From Planctomycetaceae bacterium (lineage in GTDB: Bacteria > Planctomycetota > Planctomycetia > Pirellulales > Pirellulaceae): DNA of 64,000 bases. The stretch covers positions 2,022 to 66,021 of the forward strand of contig CANHVO010000004.1 in assembly GCA_947463915.1 (NCBI GenBank), given 5' to 3'. The notes beneath the pieces are model-generated. The model searched no databases, was not told the DNA's origin, and saw only the letters and a program-made list of their open reading frames with translations. Below, in pieces: positions 56,828-64,000 of the stretch. Both the position numbers and the translations under genes were made by a program. Position 1 is the stretch's first letter. Each line of letters begins with the position of its first letter.

Positions 56828-59005
56828 ATGCACGACCTCGGCCAACCAAAATCAGATATCCAGTGGAACCCGGTAATGCCAATCGCGGTGCCAGCGATCG
56901 ATCGGCCTAAGCGAAGCAATCGCCATGCACCGACAGTCTTGATCGTCGATGATGATCCTGCTACCCGAGAGATAGTCTCATGCATGCTATCTCTAGAGGG
57001 ATACGATGTGCTCGAGGCCGACAACGGCCGCAAAGCACTCGCCGTAGTCAAGGAGTCGACTGTTGACTTGGTCTTGCTCGATGTCCAGATGCCCGAAATG
57101 GACGGGTTTCGATCCGTTCGCATGCTTCGCCAGATGTTTGATCTTTCCGAATTGCCTGTTGTGATGATGGCCGCTAGCGATGGGAGCGAGCAGATCATCG
57201 AAGCGTTTGATTGCGGCGTAAATGACTACGTTTGCAAACCGATCGATCGCGCCATTCTATTGGCAAGAGTCAAGACACAGTTGAGAGTGCGTGCTGCACA
57301 GAAAGAACTAAGGGATAGCGAAGCTCGCTATGCCTTGGTGTCGCGAGGCACGAACGATGGCGTTTGGGATTGGAACTTGATCACCGGCGAGCTGTATCTC
57401 TCCCCTCGATGGAGAGCGATGGTGGGGGTCGATGACCCAAATTGGAATCCACGTGGAGCAGACTGGTTGGTCTTGGTTCATCGCGAAGATCGGAAACGAG
57501 TTCTGACCGACTTGGAGGCCCACTTGTGCGGCGAGACGAGCCATTTTGAAACCGAATTGCGAATGCAAGATCGTAGTCAGGGCCATCGATGGATGCTTTG
57601 TCGGGGGCTTGCGATCAAAGATAGCAGCGGCTTGGCTTGTCGCATTGCGGGCTCGCTCACCGATATCACCGAAGGCAAAGTCGCTGACGCCCTCACCGGC
57701 CTTCCCAACCGAATGCTCTTTCACGACCGAGTTGAGCGATGTGTCGAAAAAGTTCTGAGGCGTCAAAGCCGCAGCTTCGCGATCCTCTACTTGGATGTCG
57801 ACGACTTTAAACTGATCAACGATCAATTTGGGCACGATGGTGGCGACCAGTTCCTCGTTTCATTCTCACAGCGACTTGACAATGCGATTCGTAAGTCCGA
57901 TGCGGTCTTAGCGAGAATTGGCGGTGATGAATTCGCGATTTTGCTTGAGTCTATTCGCGGGTTGGACGACGCGATCTTGGTTGCCAAGCGGCTTCAGGAA
58001 GCGTTGATGACCCCCTTCAAGGTTGGCGGTCGCGATATCCTGGTTCGCGCTAGTGTTGGGATCGCAATCGCAGATACTACTGGTCAAAATTATGGCAATT
58101 CATCTGCAGCTGTTGATTTGCTTTTGACTCAAGCGGACGCAGCCATGTATCAAGCCAAGACGCAACTGGATAGCTCCTATTGCGTGTTTCAAAGCGAGAT
58201 GCTCGATGCAACCGCAGCGAAACTTGAGCTCGCTGGCGAATTGCGTTACGCGATCGAACGAAATGAATTGACCCTCGTTTTTCAGCCTATCGTCGGCCTG
58301 TCCTCCAATCGCACTGAAGGCTTTGAGGCCTTGTTGCGATGGCGCCATCCTGTTTATGGCTTCGTACCGCCAAACGAATTCATCCCAATTGCTGAGTCCA
58401 AGGGACTCATTGTCGAAATAGGCGAATGGGTGTTACGCGAAGCATGCCAACAGGCTGTAAAGTGGCGTAACGAGTTTCAAAGAGATGTCATGGTCAGTGT
58501 CAACGTTTCTATCCGTCAGCTGACCTCCGATGGCTTCGTGAAAACAGTGCTCGATATCTTGGACTCCACTCAGCTGTCCGCCGGCTCGCTCAAACTAGAA
58601 GTAACGGAAAGCCTTTTGATGCAGCAGCCTGAGCAAACGATTGCGATCCTGCAGTCGCTCAGAGAAATTGGCACAAAGATATCAATCGACGACTTCGGCA
58701 CAGGCTACTCCTCGCTTGCTTATTTGCACCAGATGCCACTCGATGTTTTGAAAGTAGACCGTTCCTTTGTGAATGGAATGTTTGATTCCGAAAAACACCT
58801 CGCCATTGTTCGGACGATCATCGGGCTCGCCTCAAGTCTCCAATTGCAAGTGATCGCGGAAGGGGTCGAAACCGTCGAGCAATTGCAAAAACTGCAGTCT
58901 CTTGGTTGCGACATGATTCAAGGCTACTTTCTTTCCAAGCCGATTCCGGCTGCGGATGCAATCAAGCTTCTGGAACGCAAGTGGGACTGGCCGCAGGGTA
59001 GCTGA
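56828..59005 (+). CDS. REC-PAS-GGDEF-EAL c-di-GMP enzyme
   Basis: VDDD/LLDVQMP receiver; DGVWDW PAS; DALTGLPNR, GGDEF; FEALLRW, VNVS, LEVTE, IDDFGTGYSSL, AEGVET. Confidence 0.95.
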   Translation: MHDLGQPKSDIQWNPVMPIAVPAIDRPKRSNRHAPTVLIVDDDPATREIVSCMLSLEGYDVLEADNGRKALAVVKESTVDLVLLDVQMPEMDGFRSVRMLRQMFDLSELPVVMMAASDGSEQIIEAFDCGVNDYVCKPIDRAILLARVKTQLRVRAAQKELRDSEARYALVSRGTNDGVWDWNLITGELYLSPRWRAMVGVDDPNWNPRGADWLVLVHREDRKRVLTDLEAHLCGETSHFETELRMQDRSQGHRWMLCRGLAIKDSSGLACRIAGSLTDITEGKVADALTGLPNRMLFHDRVERCVEKVLRRQSRSFAILYLDVDDFKLINDQFGHDGGDQFLVSFSQRLDNAIRKSDAVLARIGGDEFAILLESIRGLDDAILVAKRLQEALMTPFKVGGRDILVRASVGIAIADTTGQNYGNSSAAVDLLLTQADAAMYQAKTQLDSSYCVFQSEMLDATAAKLELAGELRYAIERNELTLVFQPIVGLSSNRTEGFEALLRWRHPVYGFVPPNEFIPIAESKGLIVEIGEWVLREACQQAVKWRNEFQRDVMVSVNVSIRQLTSDGFVKTVLDILDSTQLSAGSLKLEVTESLLMQQPEQTIAILQSLREIGTKISIDDFGTGYSSLAYLHQMPLDVLKVDRSFVNGMFDSEKHLAIVRTIIGLASSLQLQVIAEGVETVEQLQKLQSLGCDMIQGYFLSKPIPAADAIKLLERKWDWPQGS

Positions 59006-59015
59006 GATCACTGTC

Positions 59016-59081
59016 GTAGCGGAAATTGTAAGACTTCCCGGTGTTCGAGGCACTGCCGGAACTCTTACGAGTTTCCACTAC
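59016..59081. repeat. GTAA-loop REPIN (family A relative)
   Basis: GTAGCGGAAATTGTAAGACTTCCCG ... CCGGAACTCTTACGAGTTTCCACTAC. Confidence 0.75.
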
Positions 59082-59104
59082 CTGCTAATTTAACGCTATT
59101 CCAC

Positions 59105-60628
59105 TCAAGGCCGGCTTCGCTCATTGGCGATGAGCTTTTCCAGTTGCACTGTCATTTGCTCGACGATTTTCGGATTGGTAGCGGACACGTCATTACGTTC
59201 CCCTGGATCGTCTGACAGGCGATAAAGTCCGTATTGGCCAGATGGCCCCGACAACTCTTGCTTGCTTACTACTGCCTGAGACTTGCCGCGCTGCTTGAGT
59301 TTCACGAGCTTCCAGTCTCCCGCGCGTAGGCCGAAGTTTCCGCTTCCATTGTCCTGCTGAAGGAGGTGGTCGCGGCCCATGGCTCCAGACTTGCCCTGAA
59401 GTGCGTCCGACAGGTTAAAGCTGTCTCGGCAAGCATCTCGAGCGATACCTTGGCCAGTAAGCGAAGCAACGCTTGCAGCCAAATCGATCGTGCATACGAC
59501 TTGATCCGAAACTCCAGGCTTGATTCGCCCCTTCCATCGGGTAATAAACGGAATTCGCGTGCCACCTTCCCAAACGCTGTACTTGCCACCTCGAAAGGGG
59601 CCTGCGGGCGCGTGATTCCCGAGTTTCTCTACCGCATCGTCTTTGTAGCCATCATCCAGCACCGGGCCATTATCAGAACAGAGAACAATCATGGTGTTCT
59701 CGGCGAGGCCAAGCCGGTCGAGCGTCTTGGTCAACTCACCAACGCACCAGTCGAACTGGAGGATGCAATCGCCACGCGGGCCGAGTGTGGTCTTTCCTTG
59801 AAAACGTTCATGGGCGATACGAGGCACGTGTATGTCGTGCGAGGCGAAAAAAAGGAAGAAGGGACGTTCCTTGTTTGCTTCGATCCAAAGATTGGACTGC
59901 TTTACCCATTCGTCGGCTAGATCTTCGTCACGGAATCGAGCTTTGTTTCCGCCCGTATAAAAACCGATGCGGCTGATCCCGTTGTGTATGGTCTGATTAT
60001 GTCCATGAGACCAGTCCATCTTAAGCCTCTGGCGGTGCGTAAGTCCCGTCGGGTGATCTTCCGAAGGCTTTGTATCGCCGACGGTCAACGGATCGAGCGG
60101 GTCCAGATTCTTGACTCGGCGATCTTCTACATAGACCTGCGGAACCCGATCGTTAGTCGTAGGTAGGAGATAACAATGGTCGAAACCAATTTCGAGCGGA
60201 CCGGGTTTGATTTCATCGTTCCAGTTAGGGGCAGGTTCGCCAAGACCTAAATGCCACTTGCCAATGACCGCGGTTGCATAGCCTGCGCGCTTCAGGATCG
60301 ACGGGAGGGTTTCTGTTCCCGGCTTGATGATTGCAGGCCCATTGGGCGGAGCAATGCCTGTTCCCTTTTGACGAAATGCATAGGTTCCAGTCAAAAGCGA
60401 GAATCGAGTGGGTGTGCATGTCGACGCCGAACAATATCCGCTCGTAAAACGCATGCCTTCGCTAGCCAATTTATCGATCGCCGGCGTCTGCAATCGCGTT
60501 GCACCATAGCAAGAAACATCGCCATAACCAAGATCGTCGGCCATGATCACGATGATGTTTGGCTTTTCTGCTCCATGGCTCGTGCCTGCGAACAAAAGGA
60601 CGAGGGCCAAATTGAGAAAACGGTTCAT
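59105..60628 (-). CDS. Arylsulfatase (Cys-type formylglycine sulfatase)
   Basis: MADDLGYGD, CTPTRFSLLTG, GKWHLG, SDNGP, GGKYSVWEGG. Likely start ATG 60628; the ORF track gives 60685. Confidence 0.93.
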   Translation of the reverse strand: MNRFLNLALVLLFAGTSHGAEKPNIIVIMADDLGYGDVSCYGATRLQTPAIDKLASEGMRFTSGYCSASTCTPTRFSLLTGTYAFRQKGTGIAPPNGPAIIKPGTETLPSILKRAGYATAVIGKWHLGLGEPAPNWNDEIKPGPLEIGFDHCYLLPTTNDRVPQVYVEDRRVKNLDPLDPLTVGDTKPSEDHPTGLTHRQRLKMDWSHGHNQTIHNGISRIGFYTGGNKARFRDEDLADEWVKQSNLWIEANKERPFFLFFASHDIHVPRIAHERFQGKTTLGPRGDCILQFDWCVGELTKTLDRLGLAENTMIVLCSDNGPVLDDGYKDDAVEKLGNHAPAGPFRGGKYSVWEGGTRIPFITRWKGRIKPGVSDQVVCTIDLAASVASLTGQGIARDACRDSFNLSDALQGKSGAMGRDHLLQQDNGSGNFGLRAGDWKLVKLKQRGKSQAVVSKQELSGPSGQYGLYRLSDDPGERNDVSATNPKIVEQMTVQLEKLIANERSRP

Positions 60629-60702
60629 CCTTAGGATTCCCTCTGACAACAGTTTATCGGATTTTTTTGACGTCGTTTTGGCCATTGCAGACCTTGATTG
60701 GG

Positions 60703-61491
60703 CTACTTGGCCGAAGTTTGAAAGAGCTCGCCAAAGAACTGGTTCATCGCTTGCCAGGATCGCTTGTCTGCTCGCTCTTGATAGGCAGCACCCCGACTAT
60801 TGTCATTTCCAGCCATGGGCTGGGTAAACGAATGAACGGCCTCCGAGTAATAGATCATTTGCCAATCGACATCCGCATCGGAAAACTCTTTTTTCATGGC
60901 TTCGATTTCGTTCAATGGGACGAATGGATCGTCTGCACCATGGCAGATCAGAATTTTCGCTTTGATCTTTTTTGCGTCTTCAGGATGCAACGAATCGAGC
61001 CCACCATGGAAACTGACAACGCCATTGATGTCGGCACCGCTTCGCGCTAGCTCCAACACCCCAGTTCCCCCAAAGCAATATCCGATTGCAGCAATCTTCT
61101 TCGTGTCCGTCATGGCTTGGCCTCGCAACTGGTCCAGTCCCAATTGCAATCGGCGGCGGTATAAATTGCGATCAGTCTTGTAAATGGTGGCCTGCTTGCC
61201 TGCGTCCGGTACTGTAGTCGGACGAACTCCCTTGCCATAGATGTCCAAAGCGAATGCGACGAAGCCGAGTTTCGCCAATTGCTTGGCTCGCCCCTCTTCG
61301 TATTCGGTTAGCCCCATCCATTGGTGGACGATCAGAACACCCGGCGCTTTCGCGATGGTATCGTCCCATGCCATCATCCCCTGCAATACCACATCGCCGT
61401 CACGATACTCTACCTTTTTGGTCTGAATCTCAGCGTGGAGGGGGGAAGAAAAACAAGTAACCAGAAAAAGGAATGTAAAGATTCGGTTCAT
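60703..61491 (-). CDS. Dienelactone hydrolase family protein with signal peptide
   Basis: GYCFGG nucleophile, SFHG, HGADD, AVHSF. Confidence 0.9.
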   Translation of the reverse strand: MNRIFTFLFLVTCFSSPLHAEIQTKKVEYRDGDVVLQGMMAWDDTIAKAPGVLIVHQWMGLTEYEEGRAKQLAKLGFVAFALDIYGKGVRPTTVPDAGKQATIYKTDRNLYRRRLQLGLDQLRGQAMTDTKKIAAIGYCFGGTGVLELARSGADINGVVSFHGGLDSLHPEDAKKIKAKILICHGADDPFVPLNEIEAMKKEFSDADVDWQMIYYSEAVHSFTQPMAGNDNSRGAAYQERADKRSWQAMNQFFGELFQTSAK

Positions 61492-61582
61492 TGTTGATTA
61501 GATAGAGGTGGGGGAATCAGGAAAATCGAAAATGGGTTGTTAAGAAAAAGCATTGTATCCAACACAACAATCGAAACAAACG

Positions 61583-61612
61583 GCTCGTTCCCGGGCAGAG
61601 CCTGGGAACGAG
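61583..61612. repeat. Palindromic REP-like hairpin
   Basis: ctcgttcccgggcagagcctgggaacgag; partial relatives lie just before the REPINs at about 23906 and 31254. Confidence 0.6.
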
Positions 61613-61783
61613 AGCGATAACAAAACGGCAGCATTAGTAAATTCGATTCCGAATCGCTTCGATTAGTGAACCCTTGAGCAAAATGGGTTGTCGAATTATC
61701 ATTCGTCACCCCCAAAGAAGATTGCGACCGGATAGACGGCGGCCATTTTCCATTTTCATGCATCCATAACCCCTAAATAATCC

Positions 61784-62311
61784 ATGCGGCACTTACTTTC
61801 CGCTGTAGTACAAAACGTCCCAGGCGTTCTAGCACATATTTCGGGGATGCTTGCCTCCCGAGGCTACAACATCGACTCACTCGCTGTTGGAGAGACCGAA
61901 AACAAGAATCTTTCTCGCATGACCTTCGTGGTGATGGGTGACAATCACGTTTTGGAGCAAGTGCGAAAGCAGCTCGAAAAGATTGTGACCGTTGTCGCCG
62001 TTCAGGATATCAGCGCCCGCGACTACGTAGAACGAGACTTGATGCTTATCAAAGTTCGTGCAGCAAGTGGCAGCGTTCGAACAGAAATTCGCGAACTGGT
62101 CGATATTTTCCGCGGACGTGTAGTGGATGTAGGCCCGGAAGAACTAATGATCGAAATTTCGGGTCGCGAAAGCAAGATCCAGGCCTTCATTGAGAGAATG
62201 CGACCCTACAGCATTCTAGAGTTGGTTCGAACCGGCCGAATCGCAATGGTCCGAGGTAGCCATCCAGAAGAACTCGACGAATTCTCTGCAGCACAACAAA
62301 TGAGTGAATAG
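61784..62311 (+). CDS. ilvN: Acetolactate synthase small regulatory subunit
   Basis: NVPGVLAHISGMLASRGYNIDSL ACT domain; ERDLMLIKV; ELVRTG. Confidence 0.95.
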   Translation: MRHLLSAVVQNVPGVLAHISGMLASRGYNIDSLAVGETENKNLSRMTFVVMGDNHVLEQVRKQLEKIVTVVAVQDISARDYVERDLMLIKVRAASGSVRTEIRELVDIFRGRVVDVGPEELMIEISGRESKIQAFIERMRPYSILELVRTGRIAMVRGSHPEELDEFSAAQQMSE

Positions 62312-62390
62312 AGTTTCCTCTTACACTCAATCCCAAACAATCGACAAAAACAGTTACCTCCCAACCTCCAATCTGAAAAAAGCTTAATTC

Positions 62391-63398
62391 ATGGCAGCGA
62401 CAATCTATTACGACAACGACGCAGATCTCTCCCACCTCAAGGACAAGACGATTGCGATCTTGGGATACGGCTCGCAGGGCCATGCTCAGGCACAGAATCT
62501 CCGGGACAGCGGATGCAAAGTTATCATCGGCCAACGCCCAGGCGGAAAGAACTACGACCTAGCTGTAAGTCATGGTTTTCAGCCTATGGAAATCGATGAG
62601 GCTACCAAGAAAGCGGACTTGGTAAATTTGCTTTTGCCAGATGAAGTGCAGGGCGATCTTTACCGAACCCACATCAAACCAAACTTGGTCCCTGGCAATG
62701 TGCTCATGTGTTCTCACGGATTCAATATCCACTTCGGCCAAATTGAGCCACCCAAGGGGGTCGATACCCTTCTGGTGGCACCAAAGGGCCCTGGCCACTT
62801 GGTCCGAAGCGAATATACCAAGGGCGGTGGCGTTCCATGCTTGATCGCCCTCGGTACTGGCGCAAGCGAATTGACTAAAAAACTTGGTTTGGCCTATGCT
62901 AAAGGCATTGGTGGAACGCGTGGTGGCGTGATCGAGACCTCGATCGCAGAAGAAACCGAAACCGACTTGTTCGGTGAACAAGTCGTTCTTTGCGGCGGTG
63001 TTAGCGAACTCGTCAAAGCTGGTTTCGAAACACTTGTCGAAGCTGGCTATCAACCTGAAATGGCTTACTTCGAGTGCATGCACGAGTTGAAGCTGATCGT
63101 CGACTTGCTCTACCAAGGTGGCCTCAACTACATGCGATATAGCATTTCGAATACAGCTGAGTTTGGTGACTACAGTCGCGGCCCAAGGATTATTACGCCT
63201 GAGACCAAGTTGGAAATGAAGAAGATTCTCAAGGAAATCCAAACGGGCAAATTTGCACGCGAATGGATTCTTGAGAACAAGGCTGGCGCTCCAGCGTTCA
63301 AGGCCTCGCGTCGACTAGAACGCCAACATCAAATCGAAAAAGTTGGCCAGCAGCTGCGAAGCCTGATGAAGTGGATCGACGCCAAAGTCGTCGACTAA
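62391..63398 (+). CDS. ilvC: Ketol-acid reductoisomerase
   Basis: [48 protein letters not shown]. Confidence 0.97.
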   Translation: MAATIYYDNDADLSHLKDKTIAILGYGSQGHAQAQNLRDSGCKVIIGQRPGGKNYDLAVSHGFQPMEIDEATKKADLVNLLLPDEVQGDLYRTHIKPNLVPGNVLMCSHGFNIHFGQIEPPKGVDTLLVAPKGPGHLVRSEYTKGGGVPCLIALGTGASELTKKLGLAYAKGIGGTRGGVIETSIAEETETDLFGEQVVLCGGVSELVKAGFETLVEAGYQPEMAYFECMHELKLIVDLLYQGGLNYMRYSISNTAEFGDYSRGPRIITPETKLEMKKILKEIQTGKFAREWILENKAGAPAFKASRRLERQHQIEKVGQQLRSLMKWIDAKVVD

Positions 63399-63531
63399 GC
63401 GTCGCAATTTGATTTAGCAGTCACTTCGCCATTTGGACGCTAGCCAAGTGGCACTCGACACACTCCGAACGTGTGCCGCCCCTTCGGCAAACGCTGCAAT
63501 GTGTTTTCCGAAGGAAAAAACAGCCTTTTCT

Positions 63532-63600
63532 GTAGCGAAAGTCGTCAAGACTTTCGGTTGCATTGCATAAACCACTGAAACTCTTGACCAGTTTCGCTAC
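63532..63600. repeat. Family A REPIN, 69 bp, opposite orientation
   Basis: GTAGCGAAAGTCGTCAAGACTTTCG ... GAAACTCTTGACCAGTTTCGCTAC. Confidence 0.9.
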
Positions 63601-63786
63601 AAAATGCTTCATCGCGTCCCCTTCGGGGCTGCTGTCGTGCTCGGCATTTTACTAGCTTACGCGTCGTGCTAGGGGATTGCTTGATGCGGGAGAATGCTTA
63701 ACCCCGAACTACGACCGAGGCATAATTCGCTATCCTCAATCAGGGTTCGGGGTCAATCTGTTCAAAACCAAACTTCAGGACTAGAG

Positions 63787-63885
63787 CTACTTCTTGGCTT
63801 CAGGCTTCGGAGTGCCCTTTTTCTTGTCTTGCTTTGGTTTCATGCCTTTTTTGTCATTCTTTTGACTGTTGTTGCCTTTTCCCAT
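63787..63885 (-). CDS. Small Lys-rich protein, 32 aa, below the ORF-track cutoff
   Basis: MGKGNNSQKNDKKGMKPKQDKKKGTPKPEAKK*, with a strong SD (AAAAGGAG) 6 nt before the ATG. Confidence 0.65.
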   Translation of the reverse strand: MGKGNNSQKNDKKGMKPKQDKKKGTPKPEAKK

Positions 63886-64000
63886 GGTCGTCTCCTTTTA
63901 CCTTGAGGCCAAATGAATTGTTTCGGAACACTGTGTTCTGGTAACCCTACGCGTAAGCGAGGAACGAGCTCCCAACCCGACGCGTGACTCGGTCACGACC

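Noticed and set aside
1-64000. tRNA, rRNA, riboswitch, IS transposase or prophage genes
   Set aside because: No T-loop/cloverleaf, rRNA signature, transposase, integrase or phage ORF was recognised by eye; a covariance-model scan would be needed to exclude short ncRNAs.

Overview
A 64 kb window from a Planctomycete, most likely Pirellulaceae. Evidence: TIGR02984-type ECF sigma factors paired with Ser/Thr kinases, N-terminal planctomycete extracellular (E.LE.R.LL) leaders, Tad/vWA clusters and a sulfatase. About 48 CDSs are supportable. Housekeeping genes: lspA, thrC, argC, deoC, dGTPase, ilvN-ilvC, eda-kdgK. Accessory genes: a 1728-aa M36 fungalysin-family protease, a TIGR03546/TIGR03545-like pair, a DUF4114-TadE-TadG(vWA)-TadE operon, two kinase/ECF-sigma modules, a CBM9-like/sugar dehydrogenase/diheme cytochrome c fusion, an acetylesterase/FG-GAP fusion and a c-di-GMP module. 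I found no tRNA, rRNA, CRISPR array or transposase. The intergenic DNA is rich in GTAG/GTGG-type REP/REPIN palindromes, some nested. Strongest lead: both ECF/kinase modules have Ser in place of Glu in the sigma DAED motif, both kinases share an ungapped 39-aa pre-kinase domain, and the secreted-protein gene next to each module carries the same two-part upstream motif at nearly the same distance from its start. All annotation is by eye from motifs; no database searches were run.
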